NCBI GenBank assembly: GCA_025340205.1
Contig: CP006868.1
Location: forward strand, 1,140,001 to 1,172,000
DNA: 32,000 bases
From: Ignicoccus pacificus DSM 13166
GTDB taxonomy: Archaea; Thermoproteota; Thermoprotei_A; Sulfolobales; Ignicoccaceae
Direction: 5' to 3'
The notes under the pieces were generated by a model. That model saw only the letters and a list, made by a program, of their open reading frames with translations. It was not told the origin of the DNA and ran no database searches. Shown here in pieces: positions 16,437 through 24,476 of this stretch. Made by a program: the position numbers and the translations under genes. Within the stretch, counting starts at the first letter, position 1, and every line of letters starts with the position of its first letter.

Positions 16437-16610
16437 TTGGGAAAGTTGAGCAGGGCTACTAGGAGAGTGATAGAAGAGACAGAGCCCCTACCGGACGAAA
16501 AAGAGGCGATCGAGGAGTTCCTGAGCGGGAAAGCTGAAATTATCAGTCTAGAGGAGCTCCGGGAGCTCCTCAGTATGCCCCTCCACGAGGGCCTACGTAG
16601 GTTAGAGTGA
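16437..16610 (+). CDS. small acidic antitoxin-like ORF (about 55 aa, TTG start), convergent with relE
   Basis: The translation is ...RVIEETEPLPDEKEAIEEFLSGKAEIISLEELRELLSMPLHEGLRRLE*. It resembles short archaeal RelB-like antitoxins and the remnant at 13986-14130. It is below the ORF-track length cutoff, and only TTG starts (16437 or 16446) are available. Confidence 0.3.
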   Translation: MGKLSRATRRVIEETEPLPDEKEAIEEFLSGKAEIISLEELRELLSMPLHEGLRRLE

Positions 16611-16831
16611 TCACCTTGTTCTTTTCATAAACCACGTAAATCACTCTGTAGCTTCCAAGCCTCACCCTGTAAGTATTCTCATATCCCTTCATCTTTATTA
16701 TATCGAAGTTCTTGGGAATGGGGTTTTTCTCCGACTCTTCGATCAGTTGGTTCAGAAGTTCCTTGTAGGTCCTTGGGAGCAATAGAGCTCCCTTGGCCAC
16801 CCTCTTCGTCAGTTGATACCGTGTAACCCAT
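16570..16831 (-). pseudogene. relE: RelE-family toxin gene with an early 1-nt frame disruption
   Basis: The downstream frame gives ...LTKRVAKGALLLPRTYKELLNQLIEESEKNPIPKNFDIIKMKGYENTYRVRLGSYRVIYVVYEKNKVITLTYVGPRGGAY, a canonical RelE pattern. The only ATG (16831, preceded by GGAG) is in a different frame (MGYTVS...). An in-frame GTG at 16800 would give a truncated 76-aa product. Confidence 0.6.
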
Positions 16832-17074
16832 CTCCTCTCTCTCCGTATATTTTTTGTGGAATAAATTTAGAGGCCGGAAAGAGGTGGACGGAGGAGAACA
16901 GCACACAGAACTAAAATAGAACAGTGCAGGCTTGATAGATGGTGACACCATGGAGAAAGAGGGTAAAAAAGAGAAAAAGGATGAACGAGGACTCCCTATA
17001 ATTAAACGATACGCTATCAGCACACCAGCAAGGGACCCCTTCGAGAATAAAGACGAAGAAGAGGAAGCATAGCT

Positions 17075-18298
17075 CTATTTGAAAGTTAGCACTGCCCAGA
17101 GTACTTGAAAGAGAGTCAAAACGAAAAGATATATGTTAAGCATAAACTCTTGCAAGGACCTCGTTCTATCCAGCAACTCCGCCATTGACGAGATGAAGCT
17201 CCTAAGATATTCAATATCGTTTCGAAATGTCTCTATTACATCCATTATGCGAACGATCTCAGTCTTCAAATCATCCAGAGTATCTCTCGGTATCTCTAAA
17301 TCATCTATATAGCTGAGGTATTCTCTTACTTGTAACAGGTAATTTTGGAGGTTGTATATGATTGTAGTTGTTGAGTACAACAAATCATCCGCAAAATCTT
17401 TTACCATACTAAGCTTCATGCTAAGGGTCTTCGGTCTACCGGGGTGGAGAAGATTTAGAAGTACTGAGGCCTCGGATACCTTGAGGACCTCTCTTAGGTA
17501 ATAATTATCTATAGGACTCCATACTCTCATTTCAAATTCCGTCTTAAAGAAGCACGAAGGGGAGAACATTACATATTCTTTGAACCCTTTCCTCTCTGGA
17601 ATACATAGACAATCAAAGGTAAGCTCTTCAACCACATCTCTATGTTCAGGAGAGAGCGCTCCAAGAAACATGTTGTATTTAAGAGTACTGAAGAAGAGTA
17701 TATCTTCGACTATATAGTTATTAGAGGACCTCGGAGGAAGGAGAACGTATGTCGTCTTAAACAGTTTTCCATAGGAGTAGAGCAACTCTTCGATTATTTT
17801 GTCATTATATATTTTCCTATCAGTAGTAAAAAATATTGGAGTTCTTAGACGAAGCCTATACTCGGTCTCGACAGGTAACCAACTTCCTATCCTCTGGAAG
17901 TACGTTTTTTGATCACTAGCACGATCAGTATAGATAATAATTGAATAGGGAGAAAGGAGAGAGAGTGAAACTGCCTTTAGATTACCCCTCGCACATCGAA
18001 TAATTTCATTCATAGGAAGTGCTCCAACGCGGGTTACTTCATTCGCTATACTCGCCCTCAAATCCTTTGGAATTCTGCGCAAATCCTCATCTTTAACAAT
18101 ATCAAGTAAAGTATCAACATTAGTATATTCTAGCTCAAATTCTTTGCTTCTATTGCGTTCATAATCGCCTATTATCTTAACTTTTAGATTCATAATTTCA
18201 CATGAAGGAAAACAACTCAGAATTAATAGAGAATTCAAGCTCATGGGACTGTTAATCTTCCTTTCCGAACCATTCCATATAAAAGCAGCCGCGATCAT
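17075..18298 (-). CDS. unknown protein with coiled-coil C-terminal region and a single C-terminal TM helix (tail-anchored topology)
   Basis: The ORF is 407 aa, with alternative starts at 18244 and 18193 (MNLKVKIIGDYE). The C-terminus is ...LDRTRSLQEFMLNIYLFVLTLFQVLWAVLTFK*. GC is markedly lower than in the flanking host genes. No known motif was recognised. Confidence 0.55.
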   Translation of the reverse strand: MIAAAFIWNGSERKINSPMSLNSLLILSCFPSCEIMNLKVKIIGDYERNRSKEFELEYTNVDTLLDIVKDEDLRRIPKDLRASIANEVTRVGALPMNEIIRCARGNLKAVSLSLLSPYSIIIYTDRASDQKTYFQRIGSWLPVETEYRLRLRTPIFFTTDRKIYNDKIIEELLYSYGKLFKTTYVLLPPRSSNNYIVEDILFFSTLKYNMFLGALSPEHRDVVEELTFDCLCIPERKGFKEYVMFSPSCFFKTEFEMRVWSPIDNYYLREVLKVSEASVLLNLLHPGRPKTLSMKLSMVKDFADDLLYSTTTIIYNLQNYLLQVREYLSYIDDLEIPRDTLDDLKTEIVRIMDVIETFRNDIEYLRSFISSMAELLDRTRSLQEFMLNIYLFVLTLFQVLWAVLTFK

Positions 18299-18401
18299 GA
18301 GCTACCTCTTTCATCCTAGCAGTTTGTTGAAGAGTGATACCACGAATTCCCCGATGTTCTTCTAGTTCTCGTCCAGCTGCTTGCAGATGATAGTTACTTT
18401 T

Positions 18402-18626
18402 TCATGTTTGAACTTTGGAACGTATTGATCCTTGTATCCTTTGTGAAAGGTAAAAGATGACGTCGGAGCGGCTCCTAAGGCCTAGTTCTCGCTTGAGGTT
18501 CTTGAGGAGCTGATATGCTTCTTGTGAGAAGGGAACGTTCACGTATCTCCTTGAAGAGCTGCTAGTTAGTTGAGAGCTATCGCTCGAGCTCATGAGATCA
18601 CCTCGAGGAACCCATAGCTTTCCCAT
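18402..18626 (-). CDS. ribbon-helix-helix (CopG-like) DNA-binding protein
   Basis: RYVNVPFSQEAYQLLKNLKRELGLRSRSDVIFYLSQ fits the beta-strand/helix/helix RHH pattern. The likely start is the ATG at 18593. It lies upstream of, and co-directional with, the 407-aa gene. Confidence 0.55.
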   Translation of the reverse strand: MGKLWVPRGDLMSSSDSSQLTSSSSRRYVNVPFSQEAYQLLKNLKRELGLRSRSDVIFYLSQRIQGSIRSKVQT

Positions 18627-18750
18627 AGGATCATGGGAGACGTCTTGGAACTCGCTATAACTTTTCCGTGAATGTTATGAGAGAAATCGTTGAACTCTAA
18701 ATGAGTATTAAATGAAACTCTCAATGGGGGACTGTCAATTCTTGATGGTA

Positions 18751-19011
18751 CTATACCGTACCATTAATTATTGAGTTTATCATACTCATTATACTTCCCT
18801 CGTACTTATTGTACGTCCTATGATTTATTCCCAGCTCATTAAAGATGAAATTTCTCGCATAAGCTATTGCTTCTATTATTAACATCGGAGACAACAAGTA
18901 AATTACGTTTGAGAAGCTCACATTAAATTTCATCATACTTCTAATGACGTACCCAATAGCTCCTTCAATAGAATCCCTCTTCTTTATGCCTTTGATTACA
19001 TGATGTTTCAA
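18751..19011 (-). CDS. IS6-family transposase C-terminal part (copy B)
   Basis: The translation is identical to 16109-16369. Confidence 0.65.
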   Translation of the reverse strand: MKHHVIKGIKKRDSIEGAIGYVIRSMMKFNVSFSNVIYLLSPMLIIEAIAYARNFIFNELGINHRTYNKYEGSIMSMINSIINGTV

Positions 19012-19430
19012 GCCCAGTTCTTTATCACGTTGTATTGCTTAGCACCATCGGTAATTATTCTCCTAATTCCTAACCTCCTAAGCTTCTTAATTACTCTCTT
19101 CACCGCTTTAGAGCTCTTCCTTTTGCTTAAATAGACTAGCGCATAATTTCTATTAGCTTCATCAAAAGCTACAAAAAGGTAAACGTAATAGCTATTTAAC
19201 TTTATCATTGTATCATCTAGGTGAACTTCATTTGAGAAGTGATTCTCATTTAATCTCCTCATCTTGAATCCGAACTTCCTGACATATTTCCTAATAGTTT
19301 CATGAGATATCCTTAGCTTGAATATTTCCTTTATAGCTATCGAGGATTTCCTTAGGGATAGGCCTAAGATGTAGAACAATATTGATGCATTAATCACTTC
19401 TTTTGGCTTCATTGGTCCCTTTGGCGGCAT
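19008..19430 (-). CDS. IS6-family transposase N-terminal part (copy B)
   Basis: The translation is identical to 15690-16112. Confidence 0.7.
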   Translation of the reverse strand: MPPKGPMKPKEVINASILFYILGLSLRKSSIAIKEIFKLRISHETIRKYVRKFGFKMRRLNENHFSNEVHLDDTMIKLNSYYVYLFVAFDEANRNYALVYLSKRKSSKAVKRVIKKLRRLGIRRIITDGAKQYNVIKNWA

Positions 19431-19583
19431 TATTACAATTCCAATTTAGTATTATCAAAAGGAGTAATTAGTTTTAATGAAATGGATCGATATCGAAGAG
19501 TTGACAGTCCCAAAACGACTTAGCGGGCTTGACTTGGCCCTAAGAGTCATTACACGTTTATCATTTCTCCATCTGAAAGCCAA

Positions 19584-19919
19584 GTGGGTTGGACGCGAGC
19601 TCCTTGCATTTTTTTTTTTTTATCGCTTAAAATCCTCCTAAGACGGTATACTGTCTTGTCCCTCCTTGAGGAACTCCAAAGGAAGGCAAACGAGGAAAGG
19701 AAATACCCAAACGATCAAGAGTTCTTGGAAAGAAAGGCAATAGATGTTATCTATGAAATGCTCAAAGCTAAGGAACTACTCGAAAAGGGAGATACCAGAA
19801 ATGCAGCTGGCAAGGCCTTCCAAGCTTGGAAGGATCTGCTTTCATGCTTGATCTACTTGAACTTGGATAAGCTAGCTAAAGATGAGAAGGAGAAAGAGTG
19901 GTATCTCAAAAGGGAATAA
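19584..19919 (+). CDS. PaREP1-like (HEPN-superfamily helical) protein, N-terminal half
   Basis: AKELLEKGDTRNAAGKAFQAWKDLLSCL resembles the PaREP1 pattern (E.LLEKGD...AS.K.W.A). The first 24 codons of the ORF-track model run through the T13 tract and are unlikely to be coding. Confidence 0.4.
   Translation: MGWTRAPCIFFFLSLKILLRRYTVLSLLEELQRKANEERKYPNDQEFLERKAIDVIYEMLKAKELLEKGDTRNAAGKAFQAWKDLLSCLIYLNLDKLAKDEKEKEWYLKRE
19609..19621 (+). repeat. T13 homopolymer
   Basis: Read directly from the sequence. It lies between IS copy B and the PaREP1-like gene promoter. It could act as an oligo-T terminator for plus-strand read-through out of the IS, or as an indel hotspot. Confidence 0.5.
19626..19633 (+). 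promoter_or_regulatory. TATA-like box CTTAAAAT about 26 nt upstream of an in-frame TTG at 19656
   Basis: The spacing fits a leaderless start for the PaREP1-like gene. This would make the real ORF 19656-19919. Confidence 0.3.
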
Positions 19920-20200
19920 TGGTTCCAACTACCAAAATGCAGCCCTTGGCGTTGAAACTAGAGGAGCTAGGCTTCAAGGGGATCTCTTCTTGGAGTGATA
20001 AAGCTCTACTTCTCCACAACTACCAGTACAACGGACCGGATCCAGTCAACTACTACGGAGGGATCGTAAGCGAAGAGGTCGCAAAGGAGTACGTGAAGCT
20101 ATTGCTCAAGGCTACTAAGGATTACTTGGAGAGGTATGTTCTTCCTCATATCAAAGGGAAGAGCTTGGAGATGATAAGGGAAGGGCTGAAGCTGATTTAA
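19898..20200 (+). CDS. PaREP1-like protein, C-terminal half (-1 frame relative to the N-terminal half)
   Basis: SSWSDKALLLHNYQYNG ... VAKEYVKLLLKATKDYLE matches the second half of the family pattern (W..A..LH..FY). It overlaps the upstream ORF by 22 nt, with the frame change near the CAAAAGGG run at about 19908. Confidence 0.4.
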   Translation: MVSQKGIMVPTTKMQPLALKLEELGFKGISSWSDKALLLHNYQYNGPDPVNYYGGIVSEEVAKEYVKLLLKATKDYLERYVLPHIKGKSLEMIREGLKLI

Positions 20201-20210
20201 GGATAAAATC

Positions 20211-21644
20211 TCAGTACGTTTTCGCTAGCCTTACTATGACCTTCGCCTCCCTTCCACACGTTATGCACCTCTTCCCCTTCACCTTCGCGTCCTTGTCTAA
20301 AGGCATCCCCAGCACCCTTCCGACCTCTTCGTCCATCCTCAATCCACATTCCTTCCTTCCGCACCAGGGGACTTCCACAACCATCCTCTTCTCGACTAGC
20401 TCCTTCGCCTCCTCTAGGTCATCCGTCTGAACGATCCTTGACCTCATGAACTCCCATGCCTTTTCCTTGATATTGTTGAAGAACTCCTCGCTCATCTCCT
20501 TCAGCTTTTGATCTAGCTCCTCCCTCTTCACTTTGGTTCTCTTCCTTATGTCCCTCCTGGCTACGGTTAGCTCCCCTTCCAGCTCCCTCTTGCCTATCTC
20601 TATCCTGAAGGGAACTCCCTTCAGCTCCCACTCGTAGTACTTGTGTCCAGGGGTCTTGTCGTCCCTATCGTCTAGTACCACCCTCCATCCCTTCTCCTTT
20701 AACCCCTCGGTAATTTCCTTAGCTACTTCCCTCACCTTCTTGTCCAGTTCCTCGTCCTTCTGAGGTATTGGAATCACTACCACTTGGATCGGAGCGACCT
20801 TTGGAGGTAGCACTAGTCCCCTGTCGTCTCCGTGGACGGCTATCAAAGCGGCTATTATTCTGTCAGAAATTCCGTAGGAGGTCTGCCAAGCGTAGTCCAC
20901 CTCCTCGTCCTTCCTCTGGAACCTAACCTCGAAGGGTATGGTGAAGTTCTGGCCCAAGTGGTGAACCGTTCCTATCTGCAGAACCCTTCCGTCCGGCATT
21001 ACGGTGTCGAAGGCCACGGTGTAGAGGGCTCCCGCGAACCTGTCCCAAGAGGGCCTCATGTTTATCATATAAGGAATTCCCAATTCATCATAAATCCTCT
21101 TGTAGATCTCAATCGCTTCCTTGCATTGCTTGTCAGCGTCTTCAAAGCTTTCATGGGCGGTGTGGGCCTCCTTGAAGGTGCTTACCTCCCTCAGCCTTAT
21201 GAGGGGCCTAGTGGCCTTGGTCTCATAACGATAAACGGGAACTATTTGGTAAAGCTTCATTGGTAGTTGCTTGTAGCTGCTTATCCAGAAGCTCTCCATG
21301 TAGCTTATGGCCGTCTCGCTCGTTGGCCTCAGCGCCAAGGGTATGTCAAGCTCTTCATGACCTCCCTTGGTAACCCAGTAGACCTCTCCCTCGAATCCCC
21401 TTATGTGCTCAGTTTCCTTTTCGAGCAAGGTTTTGGGAATGAGTACGGGGAAGAGGACCTCCTCGTGGCCGGTCTCATCCAATATCCTTCGAACTATGTT
21501 GTCTAGAACTAATCTCCTCAGCTTGAAGCCGAAGGGCATCCAAACTCCCATTCCCTTAACGGGGTATCTTCCGTAGTCGTAGAGACCGCTCTCCCTTAGT
21601 ACTGTATCGTACCACTCGCTGAAGTTGCTCTTATCCAGCTTCAT
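20211..21644 (-). CDS. proS: prolyl-tRNA synthetase, archaeal/eukaryal type
   Basis: The 477-aa protein shows class II motifs ([55 protein letters not shown]), an anticodon-binding region, and a C-terminal Cys-containing domain ending ...RLAKTY. Confidence 0.9.
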   Translation of the reverse strand: MKLDKSNFSEWYDTVLRESGLYDYGRYPVKGMGVWMPFGFKLRRLVLDNIVRRILDETGHEEVLFPVLIPKTLLEKETEHIRGFEGEVYWVTKGGHEELDIPLALRPTSETAISYMESFWISSYKQLPMKLYQIVPVYRYETKATRPLIRLREVSTFKEAHTAHESFEDADKQCKEAIEIYKRIYDELGIPYMINMRPSWDRFAGALYTVAFDTVMPDGRVLQIGTVHHLGQNFTIPFEVRFQRKDEEVDYAWQTSYGISDRIIAALIAVHGDDRGLVLPPKVAPIQVVVIPIPQKDEELDKKVREVAKEITEGLKEKGWRVVLDDRDDKTPGHKYYEWELKGVPFRIEIGKRELEGELTVARRDIRKRTKVKREELDQKLKEMSEEFFNNIKEKAWEFMRSRIVQTDDLEEAKELVEKRMVVEVPWCGRKECGLRMDEEVGRVLGMPLDKDAKVKGKRCITCGREAKVIVRLAKTY

Positions 21645-21710
21645 CGTAATGCCCCGCTCTGGAAGGAAGGGAGAAGTTTTGAAGAATAGCTAGCAGATGT
21701 AAAGTCCTAA

Positions 21711-23216
21711 TTGGAAGAGCGAGGGGGTACAGCTGTGCAAGAGGTCACCTTACCGGAAATAGAATATGAGATAGTAAAGTTGCTATACGAGAAGGAAGAG
21801 ATGGACGTGGACGAGCTAGCGAAGCTCTTGGAAAGGAAAAGGGAGGACCTAATGAGGTACTTGGCAGAGCTCGAGCTGAAGAGGCTTATCGAGACGGTCC
21901 ACCTAACTCAGAGCTTCGGAGAGCTGAGCGAGAAGGGAAGAGCCTATTTGGAGAGACCTCTCCCAGAGGAGGTCTTGCTGGAAAGGCTTGAAGGAAAGGA
22001 AGTTCCCATGAAGGAGCTTAGGGAGGGCCTCAGCAAGGACGAGTTCTCCGCGGCATTGGGAAGACTGAAGAGGTTTGGAGTAATCGAAATAGTTAAGGGG
22101 AAGGCCAGGATAAAGGAAATACCGGAGAGCTTTAAGGAGTACGTTCAGAAGCTGAAGGCTTGCTTGAGGGACTTCTCCTCTCCTAAGCCTCTTGAAGGGA
22201 AGGAGGAGTGCTTCAAGCTTCTGAAGGAGAGAGGATTTATCAAAGTAGAAAAGAGGAAGAGGATAATAGTCAAGATAACGGAAAGAGCAAAGGAATTGAT
22301 GAGTAAGGGACTAATAAAGAAGGAGAACATAGTTACGAAGCTAACCCCTGAGCTCATCATTACCGGAAAGTGGAGGGAAGTAAAGCTAAAGAAGTTCGAC
22401 TTCAGCGTGGAGGTTCCAGCCAGGAGAGCTGCTAGAAGGCACCCCCTAATGGAGCTTTACGAGCAAGTGAGGGAGATACTGATCTCCATGGGGTTTGAGG
22501 AGGCTAGGGGCAACTTCGTGGAGCAGGCCCTCTGGAACTTCGACGTCCTCCTGGTACCTCAGTACCACCCAGCTAGGTATGAGACCGACGTATTCTACGT
22601 TGAGAACGCTAAGCTCCCGGAGCCTCCTAAGGACGTCATCGAGAGGACGAAGGAGGAGCACGAGAAGCTCTACCGCTACACTTGGAGGGCTGAGGAGGCT
22701 CTGAGGCTCTTGTTGAGGACCCACACCACCGCAGTATCCGCCAGGGAGATGTATAAGAGAAAGGGAGGTGAGTACAGGGTATTCTCATTAGATAGAGTCT
22801 TCAGGTCGGAGACTTTAGACCCAACCCACTCAATGGAGTTCCACCAGCTGGAGGGAATAGTCGTCGGGAAGAACGTTAAGTTCGACGACCTTCTGGGCTT
22901 CTTCGTGGAGTTCGCCAAGAAGATGGGGCTGGGAGAGGTGAAGTTCAAGCCCGCCTACTTCCCCTTCACGGAGCCTTCGGTGGAGGGCTTCATCAAGCAT
23001 CCCAAGCTGGGATGGGTGGAGGTCTTCCCCGGAGGAGTGTTCAGACCCGGCTTGCTAAGGGCTGTGGGAATAGATCCTAAGGAGTACAACGTTATAGCTT
23101 GGGGAATAGGTATAGACAGGTTAGCAATGCTGATGTTAGAACTGGACGACATAAGGGATCTCTACAGCAACAACTTGGCGGTAATTCACAAACAGAGACG
23201 ACCATTCTTATTATAA
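21711..23216 (+). CDS. pheS: phenylalanyl-tRNA synthetase alpha subunit
   Basis: There are N-terminal wHTH repeats. The catalytic core shows HPARYETDVFY, FRSETLDPTHSMEFHQLEGIV, FKPAYFPFTEPSVEG and GIGIDRLAML. Confidence 0.9.
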   Translation: MEERGGTAVQEVTLPEIEYEIVKLLYEKEEMDVDELAKLLERKREDLMRYLAELELKRLIETVHLTQSFGELSEKGRAYLERPLPEEVLLERLEGKEVPMKELREGLSKDEFSAALGRLKRFGVIEIVKGKARIKEIPESFKEYVQKLKACLRDFSSPKPLEGKEECFKLLKERGFIKVEKRKRIIVKITERAKELMSKGLIKKENIVTKLTPELIITGKWREVKLKKFDFSVEVPARRAARRHPLMELYEQVREILISMGFEEARGNFVEQALWNFDVLLVPQYHPARYETDVFYVENAKLPEPPKDVIERTKEEHEKLYRYTWRAEEALRLLLRTHTTAVSAREMYKRKGGEYRVFSLDRVFRSETLDPTHSMEFHQLEGIVVGKNVKFDDLLGFFVEFAKKMGLGEVKFKPAYFPFTEPSVEGFIKHPKLGWVEVFPGGVFRPGLLRAVGIDPKEYNVIAWGIGIDRLAMLMLELDDIRDLYSNNLAVIHKQRRPFLL

Positions 23217-23218
23217 AA
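23208..23218 (+). promoter_or_regulatory. TATA-like box TTATTATAAAA about 30 nt upstream of the ATG at 23248
   Basis: Based on sequence and spacing. It overlaps the last codons and stop of pheS. Confidence 0.3.
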
Positions 23219-23247
23219 CCCTACACGCCAGACCAAGCGGTCTGAGA

Positions 23248-24447
23248 ATGAGGGCGTGGTTACTCCTACTGGTCTTTGCGGTCTTGGCGCATTCCTCGAT
23301 AATTTCATATAGGGTATTGAACCTTTACGAGGGAAAGAGCTGCGCTTTTATCTTCAGGGTAGACGACGTAAATCCTTGCAAGAACGTGACCATAGGCCCC
23401 AACGGCTGGTACGATCCCTTCTTGGTCTCCAACTTAACGAGGGAGTACAAGATAAAGACGGTCTGGGGCGTGATAACTTCCGGAGGACCACACTACGCCG
23501 GAAAGGTATTGTCTTGTAGGTTTAGATGGAGGAATTATCTGAAGATGTTGAGCGACTTCGATGAAATAGCTTCCCATAGCAGATGGCACCTAACTCCTCA
23601 TAAGAGGAAGATCCTTAACTTAACCGAGGCCGACATCATAGGGAGCTATTACGATCTTGTGGATCAAGGACTTCATGTAATAACGTTCATATGGCCTTAC
23701 GGAGCCTTCAACGCTGAGCAAGCAAAAATAGCTCACGAGAAGTTCCTAATCCTGATGGGAACTTGGGCGGCAAACCCTCAGAAGATTTTGTGGACCTTGT
23801 TCAACGCGCCTAAGATCAGCGCTACGAGGGCTACCATAATGTTCGGAGGCAACGTGCCTCTATGGAAGATAAGGAAACCCCTAGAGAACTGCATAGCTCA
23901 CGGTGGTGCCGTAGTCCTCATCACCCATCCGCACAACACCGCTTTTAAGAGCCCACAAGTAGCGCGAGAGACGCTAACGAAAATCTTCAAACTGGTTAAC
24001 TCATTGAGGGACAAGCTTTGGATAACCACTCCAGGAGAGGTGTTCAGCTACCACGAGATAGCGGTTCACGCCAACCTCACCGAGGTAAGTCCGGATTCAT
24101 TGATCATAAGGGTAAACAACTTCACTTACTCAAATAGGCTGTTTAACGTACCAATAAGCTTGGAAGTAATTGTTACTTCGAGGCCTAAGGAGGTTCTGGT
24201 CAACGGGACCGAGCTTCCTCACGTAGAAAAGGCCTTTAGCGACATAGGGAACAAGAGCTCCCCCAACGTCGGCTGGCACTACTCCGGAGAGGGACCCTAT
24301 ACCATAACTATGGACGTGCTGGCGAAGCCGGGGAAGGTCTACTCGATAAGGATCCTCGAGGAGCCAAGTACTTCCCTCTATACTCCACTCATAGCTCTCC
24401 TAGCCCTACTGATGATACCATTAATAGAGAAGGTTAGGAGGAAATAG
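23248..24447 (+). CDS. secreted, C-terminally anchored polysaccharide deacetylase-like (CE4/NodB-type) protein
   Basis: The signal peptide is MRAWLLLLVFAVLAHSS. NodB-like motifs are FRVDDV, HSRWH and IWPYGAF. There are many N-x-S/T sequons, and the C-terminal TM segment is LYTPLIALLALLMIPLI. Confidence 0.5.
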   Translation: MRAWLLLLVFAVLAHSSIISYRVLNLYEGKSCAFIFRVDDVNPCKNVTIGPNGWYDPFLVSNLTREYKIKTVWGVITSGGPHYAGKVLSCRFRWRNYLKMLSDFDEIASHSRWHLTPHKRKILNLTEADIIGSYYDLVDQGLHVITFIWPYGAFNAEQAKIAHEKFLILMGTWAANPQKILWTLFNAPKISATRATIMFGGNVPLWKIRKPLENCIAHGGAVVLITHPHNTAFKSPQVARETLTKIFKLVNSLRDKLWITTPGEVFSYHEIAVHANLTEVSPDSLIIRVNNFTYSNRLFNVPISLEVIVTSRPKEVLVNGTELPHVEKAFSDIGNKSSPNVGWHYSGEGPYTITMDVLAKPGKVYSIRILEEPSTSLYTPLIALLALLMIPLIEKVRRK

Positions 24448-24476
24448 GAAGAAGAGGGACGTTCTTTGGGGTTAGC

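Larger units (their letters stand above)
18728..19511 (-). mobile_element. IS6-family insertion sequence, copy B (784 bp), inverted relative to copy A, no target-site duplication
   Basis: Its ORF translations are identical to copy A, and no base mismatch was seen in the termini and leader stretches compared. The flanking octamers are CTCAATGG (18720-18727) and AAAACGAC (19512-19519), which do not match. Confidence 0.8.

Noticed and set aside
16679-17023. A 114-aa minus-strand ORF between the 407-aa gene and relE. It is in the same frame as the 407-aa gene after its TAG stop, raising the idea of read-through or a second TM segment.
   Set aside because: The translation is Ser/Pro/Phe-rich and low-complexity, with no convincing TM helix or GMN-type motif. 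Its 3' part is simply the out-of-frame reading from the relE ATG.
10958-20210. An integrase gene, tRNA gene or direct att repeats marking the island borders.
   Set aside because: None was seen. The island cannot be called an integrative element on present evidence.
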